A DNA stretch of 64,000 nucleotides, from NCBI GenBank assembly GCA_032718475.1, contig JAUCBJ010003511.1, forward strand, positions 1-64,000, given 5' to 3'. Below the pieces are notes generated by a model that did no database searches, was not told the origin of the DNA, and was given only the letters and a program-made list of their open reading frames with translations. This DNA comes from Nemertoderma westbladi. Taxonomy: Eukaryota > Animalia > Xenacoelomorpha. Shown one piece after another: positions 1 through 13,224 of the stretch (the stretch's first letter is position 1; every line of letters begins with the position of its first letter). The position numbers and the translations under genes are program-made.

Positions 1-100
1 GCACGAGGCTCAGTCATGAGATACAAATTCAAATTAAATTTCAATTTAATATCTTCTAGCTTCTCTCACTGAACACTATGGTATTGATACGGAGGTGGAG

Positions 101-1022
101 AAGGTGATACTATCTACTTATCAATTTGCATATTTTCCAAAATTTGGTGCTGGTACAACAATTTTCACCCACCAGCGAAAAATACAAGTTTGAGAACTCT
201 TATGAAATTTTTACTGATTCCATTGAATTCAGAACCATTAACAAACCCGTATAACGCAAGAAACAAGGTGACACAATCAATTGATATATTTGATGGTTTT
301 CAAAATTTGGTGCTAGCGCCACATTTTGCACCCACATCCGAAAAATACAAGTTTGAGATGTCTAGTTCGATAATTATATTTTCCATTGAATTTAGAACAG
401 CCATAAACCTCTAAAACGAAAGAAATAAATTGTCACAAGCAATTTTATCTATTGAATGGATTTTCAAAATTTCGTGCTAGCACCAAAATTTGCACACAGC
501 ACCGAAAAATACAAGTTTAATACGCTTGGTGCAACTCGTATATATTTCATCGAATCCAGAACCCCAAAAAACCCCGATTGCGTAAAAAACAAGTTTCAAA
601 CAATCAATTTACAAAATTGACTTATTTCAAAATTTGGTGCTGGCACCAAAATTTGGCACCTTTCGAAAAAAACAGGTTTGAAATTTCTTAGTCAATTTAT
701 ATGAATTCCATCCAATTTCTAACACCAAAAAACCGGTGTAAATCAAAAATAGAGATGTTACAATTCATATTTAATGAAATGTAATTTTCAAAAAACTTCT
801 CAAATAAAGTTCCAAAAGTAGGGTTAAAAAATGGTGCTATTACTCGAAAAGTACCCAATATTTTTGAAAACGGTTTTCACTACCATGAAGACAATAGATT
901 TTTAGGAAAAGTCATAAAATTTCAGATTCCCAACTGCGTTTGTTTCAGAATTATAATAAAAAAACCACGGGGGGGGGGGGGGTCATATTGACCCCTCCCC
1001 CTCCCCCCCAGGTTTAATAGAG
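101..1022 (+). mobile_element. 5'-truncated copy of the non-autonomous piggyBac-type element at 4155-5740
   Basis: Nearly identical to about 4823-5740; ends with G-run/TCATATTGA/C-run hairpin, GGTTTAATAGAG, then TTAA (1023-1026). Confidence 0.8.
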
Positions 1023-2995
1023 TTAAAATATTGTAGAAGGAGGTAGCATTACCATATGTATGCGGTTCGCAGATCGCCGACAACACTGCAATGCATGCAG
1101 TTATTCTTTCTGTTAGCTATGGGCCAGCAGGGAAGAAAAAGGCAGCTGGAGCACCAACTGCCAAAAAACAGCGCACTTCATATCACACGCTGTTGTTCGC
1201 CCTGTAATTTAATAAAATATTTAATAATTAAATTGAATATTGAAATTGAAATTAATACCTTTTTTGAAATAATATGTTACCCACTTAATATACATTTAAC
1301 AGACGTGAAACACAGGATTCGATTTTCAGGAATTATAAAAATAACATAGCATCATTTAAACTGTTAAATTTTTTTTTTAGTTACAATTACGTACGTCAAA
1401 TTCTTTGCAGTGTATTCATTATCAAATTACAAATTATCATTAAGTATTATAGTCAAACAGGTATTAAGTTAATCCAATGCAGCTGCCTAAAGTTAGTTAT
1501 TCTAATAATGCCTGAAATGGCGGTTAGACTATGTAGCACAGTAGAGTTTAATCTACCACCCGTCTATACGTGCCTCCGCCACCGCTGCGCTGATGCCGGT
1601 CTCCCTCAATCTACGCGAGTTCAACTTTGCCCTTGAACTCCGTGCGCCTCTCAAGCACATTATTGATGCCCGTAGTATAAATGTATAAATATAATGAGTT
1701 TACCTCATTATTCTTCGATAAAGCGCACCTAGAAGTGAGTAATAAATAAATAGGAAATGTACCTTATGTGTAAAGTAAAGCACCAGTGTCTATTGTAACG
1801 GAAAACAAGTTGACTTTCAGTGTGATGAAAGAGTCTAGACATATAAAGTATATCTTTTCTATTCTTCCCTATATTGATTTTACAGAGCTCTAATGTTAAA
1901 GTTTATTAGATAAAATATATTACGTCCCCCTTGTCGGCAATGGACGACTTTGCCCTTTCAAGAGCCTTCTGGTATCTAGGTTTCCTTCTGACTGCCTGGA
2001 TGGCATTAAGGGTTCGACCTGTTCCCTCGGTCTTACTCCAAAGGCGTGGTGCAATTGAGGGCGCCTTGAAGTCTACTCTCGTAGCTGCTTCCCGCTTTGT
2101 GAGATCATCGATCTCTGATTTAGTCCAGCGAGATTTCCTTCCTTTTCTGTTTGCTCCTGTTTGGTCAGTGTCCACATCCTGCGGATTTGTGGATGACAAC
2201 TCTGGACTACATACTTTTTCGACTAGCTTAAGAGGACAGCTAGATGATATAACCGGTTCCCTGGGTGGAATTGTCTTGTGACAGGATTCGCTTCACTCTT
2301 CCTCAGAGTCTGAACTGTTAGAGGGCCGCTTAGTTCGGCCCTTGGTGTGCCAGTGTGTTCCCTTGTCAAAGGTGAGGGTGGTGGTTGCTCGTCCGAGCCT
2401 TCCTCACTGCTCTTGTATGACATGTCATGTTATTTCAGCGTCGTCTGCAGTAATGTGTTTAAGGGTCACCTTGCAGAGGCAAGGTTTACACGCGTTATGG
2501 TTGGGTATATCCCCTTAAATAGCCCTTTCGGGTTTTTAGCTTTTCTGGCTAGTCAGTTCTCTGTGTTCAACCAGAGGTCCGTGAATCGCACACATAAAGT
2601 ATGAGTTTCGGGTTTAGTCTTTCAGTATTATCTAATACTAATTCTCCGCGGAGTTTCTGACTATGGATGTCAGTCCCTTTGTCTTCGAATATTATTTCTT
2701 TATATCACTGTGTCACTAATCATTAAACACCAATGTAAGTCGGGCTGTTGCCTAATCTTAGAAGGTGATCCTTTGCACTGTTCCTTAATATTTGAATGGT
2801 CAGTGCACAAATTAGCCCAAAGGCGGCCCGAAGGCTCCCTAAGGTTAACAGCCTGAGGGTGGATATCCCAGGAGAATATCCGGACCCTTTGTGCACCTAG
2901 CCACAGCCAAAAAGTTTCAATACTTGAAACACCGGATCGCGGCGAAACACATTATCTACACTTTTCAATAACAGCTGTAGCCATCAGGCCAATAC

Positions 2996-4026
2996 GGTTA
3001 CTGAAATTAGTAACTGGTTACTGAAATTAGTAACTGGGTACTGAAATTAGTAACTGGGTACTGAAATTAGTAACTGGTTACTGAAATTAGTAACTGGGTA
3101 CTGAAATTAGTAACTGGGTACTGAAATTAGTAACTGGTTACTGAAATTAGTAACTGAGGCCTACTAAAATTAGTATCCGGGTACTGAAATTAGTAACTGG
3201 TACTAAAATTAGTAACTGGGTACTAAAATTAGTAACTTGTTACTGAAATTAGTAACCGGGTACTGAAATTAGTAACTGGTACTAAAATTAGTAACTGGGT
3301 ACTAAAATTAGTAACTGGTTACTGAAATTAGTAAATGGTTACTGAAATTAGTAACTGGGTACTGAAATTAGTAACTGGGTACTGAAATTAGTAACTGGTT
3401 ACTGAAATTAGTAACTGAGGCCTACTAAAATTAGTAACCGGGTACTGAAATTAGTAACTGGTACTAAAATTAGTAACTGGCTACTAAAATTAGTAACTGG
3501 TTACTGAAATTAGTAACTGGGTATTGAAATTAGTAACTGGGTACTGAAATTAGTAACTGGTTACTGGAAATTACTAACTGAGGCCTACTAAAATTAGTAA
3601 CCGGGTACTGAAATTAGTAACCGGGGACTGAAAATAGTAACCGGGTACTGAAATTAGTAACCGGGGTCTGAAAATAGTAACCGGGGACTGAAATTAGTAA
3701 CTTGGTACTGAAATTAGTAACCTGGGACTGAACATAGCAACCGGATACTGAAATCAGTAACTGGGGACAGAAAATAGTAACCGGGGCCTGAAATTAGTAA
3801 CTGGGAACTGAAATTAGTAACTATGTAATAAAATTAGTAACAGGGTACTGAAATTAGTTACCGGGTACTGTAATTAGTAACTGTGTAATGAAATTAGTAA
3901 CTGTGTAATGAAATTAGTAACTGTGTACTGAAATTAGTAACTGTGTACTGAAATAAGTAACTGAGTCTTGAAATTAGTTACTGGGTAATGAAATTAGTAA
4001 CTGGGTACTGAAATTAGTAACTGGGT
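2996..4026. repeat. Minisatellite, 20-bp unit (GGKTACTGAAATTAGTAACT), about 50 copies
   Basis: Directly visible; unit contains dyad GTTACT-GAAATT-AGTAAC; GAGGCCTACT variant recurs near 3157, 3417 and 3580; copies diverge toward the 3' end. Confidence 0.97.
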
Positions 4027-6470
4027 ATTATGTAGGATCCCGGTCTGTTAATCGAATAAGTATGTTATTCACACTACTACACTTAAATTAGGTAACAATG
4101 TGTGCCAATAAAACAATCTTTAAATATTAATGGACTTACAGTAGGAAATGTTAACCCTATTAGTACCGGGCTATAAATTGCTGTACAAATACCGGGGGGG
4201 GGGGGGTCATATTGACCCTCCCCCCCCCCCCCCCCCCCCCCCTCTAAAATCTACAAATATTTACGAAAACGTCTGATGTTTTGTTTGTACGTAGGTATCA
4301 CTTGTCTGGATCCGACCGAAAAAAAAATTTTCGAAAAAATGTACTGGGGTGGTTATATTGCAGCACCAAAATTACAAGTAGTGCACAATTTTCACCAAAT
4401 TTGAAAGTTACATTTTCGGATAATTATTTTTCAATACAGGTTTTCTGGGGTGCAAAATACATTGGAAAATATTAAAAAATGATATGATTACTATAAATGG
4501 CTGCTTAGTCCTCTCTGCGTAGGAAAACAATGAAAAAAACAAGTAACCAGAACTTTTCAGTTAGAACACAAAATTTTTAATTCACTTATACGATGCTATA
4601 AATTCACATTTTCAGGTTTTCGAGGGCGCTGATTCTAATGGAATACATTTCTAATATGCCAGATCATTGCTACTTGTATTTTTCGCTGTAATTTGGCAAA
4701 TTTTGGTGCTAGCACCAAATTTCGTACCCATCACCAAAAAGTACAAGTTTGCGATGTCCAGTGCTGTTTTTATTGATTCTATCGGATTCAGGACCCTCAT
4801 AAACCCGTATAACGCAAGAAACAAGGTGATACTATCTACTTATAAATTTGCATATTTTCCAAAATTTGGTGCTGGCACAACAATTTTCACCCACCGGCGA
4901 AAAATACAAGTTTGAGAACTCTTATGAAATTTTTACTGATTCCATTGAATTCAGAACCATCACAAACCCGTATAACGCAAGAAACAAGGTGACACAATCA
5001 ATTGATATATTTGATGGTTTTCAAAATTTGGTGCTAGCACCACATTTTGCACCCACATCCGAAAAATACAAGTTTGAGATGTCTAGTTCGATAATTATAT
5101 TTTCCATTGAATTCAGTAAAGCCATAAACCTCTAGAACGCAAGAAATAAATTGTCACAAGCAATTTTATCTATTGAATGGATTTTCAAAATTTCGTGCTA
5201 GCACTAAAATTTGCACACAGCACCGAAAAATACAAGTTTGATACGCTTGGTGCAACTCGTATATATTTCATCGAATCCAGAATCCCAAAAAACCCCAATT
5301 GCGTAAAAAACAAGTTTCAAACGATCAATTTACAAAATTGACTTATTTCAAAATTTGGTGCTGGCACCAAAATTTGGCACCCACCGAAAAATACAAGTTT
5401 GACATATCTAAATCAATTTATATGAATTCCATCAAATTTCTAACACCAAAAAACCGGTGTAAATCAAAAATACAGATGTTACAATTCATATTTAATGAAA
5501 TGTAATTTTCAAGAAACGTCTCAAAAAAAGTGCCAAAAGTAGGGTTAAAAAATGGTGCTATAACTCGAAAAGTACCCAATATTTTTGAAAACGGTTTTCA
5601 CTACTAGGAAGACAATAGATTTTTAGGAAAATTTATAAAATTTCAGATTCCCAACTGCGTTTGTTACAGAATTATAATAAAAAAACCACGGGGGGGGGGG
5701 GGGTCATATTGACCCCCCCCCCCCCCGGGGTTTAATTGGGTTAAACCTTTTCTTGTAATGTTTATATTAGTCACTATATTATATATTTATAGATATGTAC
5801 ATTCTATATGTATATGTATATTGATATTCTATATTTTGTAGAGAGCGCAGTCTCTCAACGTTTAATATTTACATAAGTCAGTAAGTATGAAGTAAAACAG
5901 TAAAATATAATATGACACAGTGACATGCAGAAGGTAGGAAGGCTGATACAGCAGTACAGTGCACAGTGTGCAGTGATAGGTGCATACTGCAGTAAGGTAC
6001 AACAGTATTAGTTCAATTCAGGTTCGATGACCCCTAATATATATATATGGCCACTACAATTTATTATATTTGTATAATATAAATTATTTGTTATAGAATA
6101 TTAAATGGCATTAGAAAATATGTAGATATAATTAATATTAAAATATATAATATATATATATTAATAAATATAATAATATTATATTTACATATTTTCTAAT
6201 GCCATTTAATATTCGAAAACAAATAATTTATATTATACTAATATAATAAATATAGAATATCAATATACATATAGAATGTACGTACATATCTATAAATATA
6301 TAATATACTGACTAATATAAACATTACAAGAAAAGGTTTAACATTTCCTACTGTAAGTTCATTAATATTTAAAGATTGTTTTATTGGCACACATTGTTAC
6401 CTAATTTAAGTGTAGTAGTGCGAATACCATACTTATTCGATTAACAGACCAGGATCCTACATAATACCCA
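4022..6470. repeat. Long interrupted palindrome/foldback centred near 6155
   Basis: 4022-4154 plus 5741-5836 is the reverse complement of about 6249-6470; about 6060-6135 is the reverse complement of about 6180-6250. Confidence 0.88.
4155..5740 (+). mobile_element. Complete non-autonomous piggyBac-type DNA transposon (about 1586 bp)
   Basis: TTAA (4151-4154) CCCTATTAGTACCGGG ... CCGGGGTTTAATTGGG TTAA (5741-5744); subterminal G-run/TCATATTGA/C-run hairpins at both ends; internal subrepeats of about 150 bp; empty site visible in the opposite palindrome arm. Confidence 0.88.
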
Positions 6471-7940
6471 CGCGTTTTAAGTTTGTTAAATTATTTTTTT
6501 AGGTGAACCTACAGTAAGACAAATAAGCATGCCATGCAGTATGTGGGGCTAGCCACGAAAGTTAGCGAGCTTAGCATAAGGGTACCATCTCAAACTCATG
6601 TTGTCTGTCGGTCGGTCTAATCTTTGGACGCTTATATCTCAGCAATGGCTTGGTAATTTTTTTTTGAATTTTTGTATGTGTGTTTAGTAGACAAAATTTT
6701 TAGAACGGTTAGATACTTTTGATGTAGCATAATAAAAAAATCTGGGCTGAACAGTGACCATGCCAAAACACAAGTTACGTGACAACAGTAATCGTATGAT
6801 AAAACTTTGATAATGTTTTTAATATTGTACGTTTCAGAGAATGGCTGCTCATAGGCAGATCGTCGATCTGCGCACTCTGATTCAGCGGAGGACATTGATG
6901 GAGGGAAGGTTCCTCGAAGCAAGGATCATGCACATAGTAACACCGGCGAAGAGATTTAACACTAAAACCACCAAGGAGGGAGGATATTCCAAAAAGCCAA
7001 ACTTGGGATATAATACGATGATATATTTAATGTAAGTATTTCATTCCATATAATAATTGTTATTGATTTAAATGCGCAATAATTTTTATTGTCCGTTTAA
7101 ATCCTTTTTTTTGTCCTTTTTTTTATTCTTTACATCCTCCAAAAATCTAATGTTGCAAAGATACATCCGGCAAAGACACATCCGGCTAATATCCGGATAA
7201 TATCCAGCTAAACCCCGCTAAACCCCGCTAGCTTGGTTTTTAGCGTTTTAATATCCAGCTAATAGCTGGATAATGGTATCCGGCAATTCTCTGGAGAAAA
7301 TATCCACTAAATATCTGGAAAAATCCTTGATTTAGCGTCACTTTAGCGTATGAATAAATCGACCTAATAGATGGCGGGGTTTTAGCGCCACTTTAGCGTA
7401 TAGAGGAGCTAAAACTAGCTGAGAGTAGCGGGATTTTAGCACCAATTTAGTCGCTAAATATAGAAGTAAATAGCGGTGTTGTAGCGACTAAGGGATGGTG
7501 GGTGGAGACGTTAAAAGTCATTGAAAGGAGTCATTAAAAGGACAACAAAAGTCATTATGCACAATTCGTAAAAAAAGGAGGACAAAAAAAGTCAAATAAA
7601 AGGACATAAAAAATCACTGCCATTTAAATGTATGTAAACTAACAGGACGTCCAACAGACAGGTTTAGGAAATTATGCTTGAGTCGGATTTCAAAATGCTC
7701 TTATCGGTAAATGTTTTTAATTAAAAGTAGGACTATGCTCCGGGTGTATATACTAAATTATGTTCATTTGTGTGAGTTCAGTATGTTTTTGTTTTGGTGA
7801 CAAAATATTTTATATGTTTTCGTTTATGAACAAAATTGTATTTTATACTATATAGCGCATTGACTGATTTCCGTTATTATGTCTTTAATGTTGAACTTTC
7901 ACTTCAATTAATTTATATGGTTTTAGGGATTTTTCGACAG

Positions 7941-8206
7941 TGCAAACGTTCGCTGTAATAAACCATGGGAACGCCGAAAGTAATAGATTTTTCACGCGCG
8001 ATGTGGGTATCGGGCAGGTTGTGAAAATATGGGAGCCGGCCTACCGCGGGAATAAATCCCAGGGAGTCATCCCCTTGGTTGAAGCGAACAGCCCTTGTAC
8101 CATTGTGATAGAACCAACGGCGGTATGTCCGACAAAGGAGATATCTCTTCATTCAGAAGAAGTCTCGGGATTCAACATAAATATCACGCAATTACAACTG
8201 GAAGGG
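7941..8206 (+). pseudogene. Exon-like fragment of an unnamed accessory ORF family (DVGIG...EP motif)
   Basis: TTTTCGACAG acceptor and GTAAGT donor; FAVINHGNAESNRFFTRDVGIGQVVKIWEPAY...IPLVEANSP aligns with minus-strand ORFs at 15738 and 44351. Confidence 0.55.
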
Positions 8207-9467
8207 GTAAGTTCAAGAACGAAGTAGTTTAGTTAATTATAGTATTACATTCGGTATATAATCGTTATTTTACCATATGTATTAAGATAAAGGAGGAAAA
8301 CTGGACGTAATAGAAATTCATCCCTCTCCAGGGGAAATTGGACGCAAATAACAGATGAATACTCTCAAAAATAAAACTGTAACCTGTTCAATTGTGTTTA
8401 GTTTATTGTTTTGGTTAAAATAATGTGCCACAGTAACCTGCCCCTTTCCCTACATTGAGAAATTAACATTGATGCGGGATATTAATCCAGTTAGTTGGTC
8501 GGTCATGCCCTATCAAAATTATTTAGTAAAACTTGATATGTATAATTTTTATAAATTGATTCTTCAATCCTTCCCTTTCCAGAATCCAATAGTCCCCGTG
8601 CGTTAAAGAAAAACTTTTGGAAAATTAAATGATTGTCTTCAATTTCCTATTATTAAAACTACATTATATATATTCGGGAGTAATAATATTAGCACTAAAT
8701 ACCCATTTCTTCAATTAAAATATCGAGAATGGAATGATATTTTTTGTAATTAACTTGTTATTTATCTACAGTACATTATCATAATATTGCATTATGAGTC
8801 ACTATACTTTATTACTATACAGTAGGCATATTACCATATTACGATATTTTACATGCAGAACCAGTTTCTCATTGTTATACAGTATATGATGGATATAAGG
8901 TTGAACATCTTAATCGAATCGATGAAGCTAGTGATGTTAAGCAGAGATACCCTTCACCATCTGATATCCAGTCGATCACAAATCTTCAATTATTCCTATA
9001 AATGTTGTTGGATCGTGGGATCTTTCGACATCAGTAAGATCAATTAACTTTAAACTCTTCAACCATGATACAATAAATGCCCTATTCAAAGGATTTTATT
9101 GTTCTGGGCTTACAAAATAAAGATGTCAAACTCATATAATTGTAGTACTAATAAATCTAAATATATTACATCCATACCGGTACAAAATATTACAAATGTT
9201 AAATCCCAATATTCATGTTTTATTTGCGTTCATAACTATTCCCACACTACAGTGAGAATTCACTCTATCGCTTAATTATATTATACCATGGACCGCTTCT
9301 GATTGAGCTTACATATTTTCAATCGCTGTGTGCTCATTTTGACTGCACTAAAAGCTGAAAAGTAGTACATATTTGGAATCAGCATAAAAATACCTTTTGA
9401 ATGAGCTATTGATCAACTACTTTCAACAACTTTTATGAAATTACTCCCTGTACTACCGATTCCTACT

Positions 9468-9929
9468 GGTAGGCTTACTCACACATGTATTTAACAAGGC
9501 TGGTAGGCTTACTCACACATTTATTTAACAAAGGCGTTGGTGGAGCAAGTTGGAATCTTTTAGTGGTAGGTAGGCCTACGCCCACATTTATTTAATAAGG
9601 CTGGTAGGCTTACTCACACATTTATTTAACAAGGCTTTGGTGGAGCAAGTGGGGATCTTTTAGTGGTAGGTAGGCCTACTCACACATTTATTTAACAAAG
9701 GCTTTGGTGGAGCAAGTGGGGATCTTTTAGCGGTAGGTAGGCCTACTCACACATTTATTTAACAAAGGCTTTGGTGGAGCAAGTGGGGATCTTTTAGCGG
9801 TAGGTAGGCCTACTCACACATTTATTTAACAAAGGCTTTGGTGGAGCAAGTGGGGATCTTTTAGCGGTAGGTAGGCTTACTCACACATTTACTTAACAAA
9901 GGCTTTGGTGGAGTAAGTGGGGATCTTTT
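9468..9929. repeat. Minisatellite, 67-bp unit, about 6-7 copies including partial units
   Basis: GGTAGGTAGGCCTACTCACACATTTATTTAACAAAGGCTTTGGTGGAGCAAGTGGGGATCTTTTAGC with period 67 (9731 to 9798). Confidence 0.95.
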
Positions 9930-10614
9930 ACACTGCAGATACGGAGTGACCACTTCCGGCCTGCTCTCCGTGGTTTGCGTACCGATGCTTCTGGTTGTGG
10001 ATGGGTAGGGGATGTTGGAAGCAGAGGTGATGGATGTAGCTGTGGTGGTGATGGAGACCGATGCCGACTAGATTAGAGACCGACTAGATTGATTCGACTT
10101 GAACATATTAATATACTGTATACTAATGCAGCATACTGTAGGCCTACCTATAATTATACATTTTAATTGTTTTAATTGTTTCTTGCAAAAATAATAATAA
10201 AATTGTAATACTGTAGATTCCCTATTGGGTATCGGAAAGTTATATTTTTATACCTACGAGGTTAGCAGCTTAGCACTACATTACGGGTCACCAGACATTA
10301 TTATATATTACAGTTGTTAGATATATTTGCTATAAGATAAAAGCATTGCGTTGTGGGTTTATTTCACTGTTTTAAATGGGTGTTCACATAATGCTAACAT
10401 TATTATTCACATTATGATTAAAATATTAATAAATAGCGTTTTCAACAATTCTTACTCTATTATATTATAAAACAAACAGCACCAATTTTGTTCAGATGTA
10501 ATCAGTTATTGCATTTATAGAAATAACATTATTTATATGGAAACTCTATGTAGGCCTATTACAAGATAATACCATGCATTTAATAACATTAAAATCATAA
10601 TGTTTTAGTATTAT

Positions 10615-10920
10615 TGTACATCCCTGAAGGGACATCCCCTGAAAGAGGGCAGTGCAGTCATTGACCACGCGCACCTTTTTAGTGTATCTGGATGTCGTTC
10701 ATAGTGATGTGGAAGGTAGTACGTCTTGTCAGTAACAACTTCTGGGTTTATCATCCTCATGGAGTAACCCTTTTCAAAGTATGTCTGAAGTTGGGTGTTG
10801 CATTGCATATGGGCCTTCTCATCACGCAACAAACGCTGGCGTATAGACTTCAAACGTTTCAACGCAAGCAGATAGTTGTTGATAAGTTTTGGTTGTTTCA
10901 ACATCCGCCTTATTGCAGGT
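10615..10920 (-). mobile_element. Bel/Pao LTR retrotransposon fragment (region N-terminal to and start of RT)
   Basis: NNYLLALKRLKSIRQRLLRD...Y..KGY...YYLPHH..HP matches the Bel/Pao pre-RT signature; frameshifted. Confidence 0.8.
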
Positions 10921-10949
10921 AGACTTCACCACCAACTTTCCCTGCTATT

Positions 10950-11410
10950 ACCAGGATGAGGCACAGAGTGCCCATTGGAATATGGAGACGATTAAGATAT
11001 TTACAACAGCGATGTGGTTGCAAAATTGAACAGAAAGCACCATTGTAATATCCGAAGAGAAGGCCCACGGTAAGGAAACAATCATCTGTTTCTTGGATAC
11101 CATAATAGGGAAGATGATTAATAATATCCCAATGGTGACTAAAATCACCATCTGTTCGGATGGGCCTTATAGTCAGTTCAAGAACAGATATATAATAGCT
11201 GCCTCAATTCTTTGGCTAGAGAGGTGCCATAATATCAATATAAACTGGGAATTTTCTGCATCTCATCATGGTAAAGGGGCATTGGACGGCATCAGCACCA
11301 ATATTAAAAGTGGCGTATCACTGGCAATAAACCAGTGTAGTGCAATAAGTCCACAATGCTGAAGAGTTCGCAAAGGTAGCAGCAATTGGTAACAATGCCA
11401 ATGTGATAAA
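10950..11410 (+). mobile_element. DDD/E transposase core fragment, Sola-like
   Basis: ICSDGPYSQFKNRY...WEFSASHHGKGALDG.STNIK has the SDG..QFKN and HGKG..DG motifs; superfamily assignment is from memory and tentative. Confidence 0.6.
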
Positions 11411-12189
11411 ATGGTTCAACATCAATAATAATTTTAATGTGTTTCACCACTCTCCCGCCATACTGGGAATATTTTCAGCGCACCATGTCAGTACCTTTCG
11501 GCCAGCAACCGGGATATGAAAGGAGGTCATTCTCAGAGAATATTCGGCGTCATCTTCCACCATGGGGTGGTTCGTTTGTTTTATTGGATATTGAGGGCGA
11601 TACCACAAGTGAGGGGGAATGTAGCGATGCTGGCATTGATAGCCAAACCACCATTGGGGAAATCGACATGCCAAACGATCCTGCATATTCCGATAGATTA
11701 ACCATTGACCAGTCTGTTTACACCATTAAAGATGACATGGGCGCATCAATGACTCTAATGACAATGATAGAGACTTAATCAGTAGTTGCCATCCTCTATC
11801 TGACAAATTATTCAGCAGCGATGAGTACTCCAGCGAATGAATACAGTAAAATTTGAAAAACTATTAGTAACAATGTAAAATATGTAGCGTGGTACCATTG
11901 ATATAAAATATGTGTTGATATTAATAATATAATACATTAATAAGAGAATCAACTATATAACCATAACTGCTGCACTCTGTTCCTGACAGCAATGCTGTCC
12001 CTGTCAGTCAGCGACGTAATTCTTCTATTGACCAATCTGTTAGAAATAAATGTACCAGTAACGGTACTGGTAATGATAAAAGTATATCAGATTCCTCCAG
12101 TGTATCAGATATAGATATGCCACCCACTGACACTAATACCCAGTGGGCAGAGAATAAGGTAGACGATGAGGTGGATCTTAGTGCCAGTT

Positions 12190-12470
12190 CTCCGGTAATC
12201 ATACTTAATCCTTTCTTGTTCTTTCTCCTACAATGCACTTCTACCTGTACCTATGAGGTCGGGAGTGCAGCCTGTCTTAAACATTTCACAGCGGAGGAGA
12301 TTTGGAAGGCTAAAGTCCTACTATTTACGAGAGAGGAGATGGGTAGCGAGCTGAAGAATCGGCATGACACGCCTGACCGCAGTGCGAGTGAGGCCAATGT
12401 TAAAGACTCATGGGATAAACTTCGGGAGATGGATCGAACGTGCCAAACCTCCCCACTCTCCCCAACTACT
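12190..12470 (+). mobile_element. N-terminal ORF1 fragment of a CR1/L2-group LINE
   Basis: ILNPFLFFL...F...EIWKAKVLL...RHD...NVKD..DKL..MD pattern typical of CR1-group ORF1 N-termini. Confidence 0.5.
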
Positions 12471-13224
12471 TTTTAAATATTAGAATGGTTACTGGTATTT
12501 TATTTAAAGATATTTTCAGAGATATATCAGAGAGGTAATTATGGTGCAGGAAATATGTATTCCTCGAGTGTTGGAAATCGCCCCTCCGGTAGGTTGTACC
12601 CAAGTCGAGGCTATTACTCACCTCTATTATAGGCTATTACTCAAGCCAAGCGATGCTTGATCCTGTAACAGTATGGAATGCAGTGATGCTGATGGCGCCT
12701 GCAATTTCAGATGTATCTCCACACTGTTGTAAAGGTCATTGCCCCCGACACGCAAGAATGTTGGGCATGGTTTAGGGACAGCAGAACTATGGTAATAGTT
12801 AGTTAGATGTTGGAACTGGCATAGAGTTTGTATGTAGTTCTTAGTATTAGGTGGTTTGTAATAAGTGATATAGCAGTAGGTGCCAGTTCAGAAATTGTAG
12901 TGATCAGTTAAGCTCCGGAAATGCGAGTCCCCAGAGCTAGTAGTATGTGTTTTTGGTGATTAGATGTACAGGAGCCTAGGTGTTGTAGGTCTAGATAAGT
13001 AATGTTAGATGAATAAAACGGTTCTGCAGTGATCGCTGTGTACAAGGCATAGTGGAATGTAAGTAACGAGTGTAGTGATAGTGGAATGGAAATAGGCCTT
13101 GTAAGTAAATAAAGCAAGCAAAAAGAACAGCAAGAGCAGAAAAGTAACACACAAATTTTTGCACACTACATTTATCCCTCGATAAATGTAAACTGATGTT
13201 GAAATTATATTCCCATCATTCCTA

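Noticed and set aside
2920-2960. Hammerhead-like or PBS-like motif CTTGAAAC-CCG...CGG-CGAAAC
   Set aside because: Lacks the CUGANGA core and stem I; no clear tRNA complement; neighbouring ORFs at 1906-2423 are unassignable
190-5505. ORFs at 190, 4281, 4667, 4848 and 5299
   Set aside because: They lie in the non-coding piggyBac-type element, have no transposase motifs, and their boundaries differ between the two copies
2996-9929. CRISPR-like arrays (20-bp and 67-bp repeats; also 43-bp and 53-bp arrays elsewhere)
   Set aside because: Units are contiguous with no unique spacers, no cas genes are present, and the context is eukaryotic
12600-13010. Possible PLE RT remnant (ITYLDL)
   Set aside because: Single short motif with no supporting context
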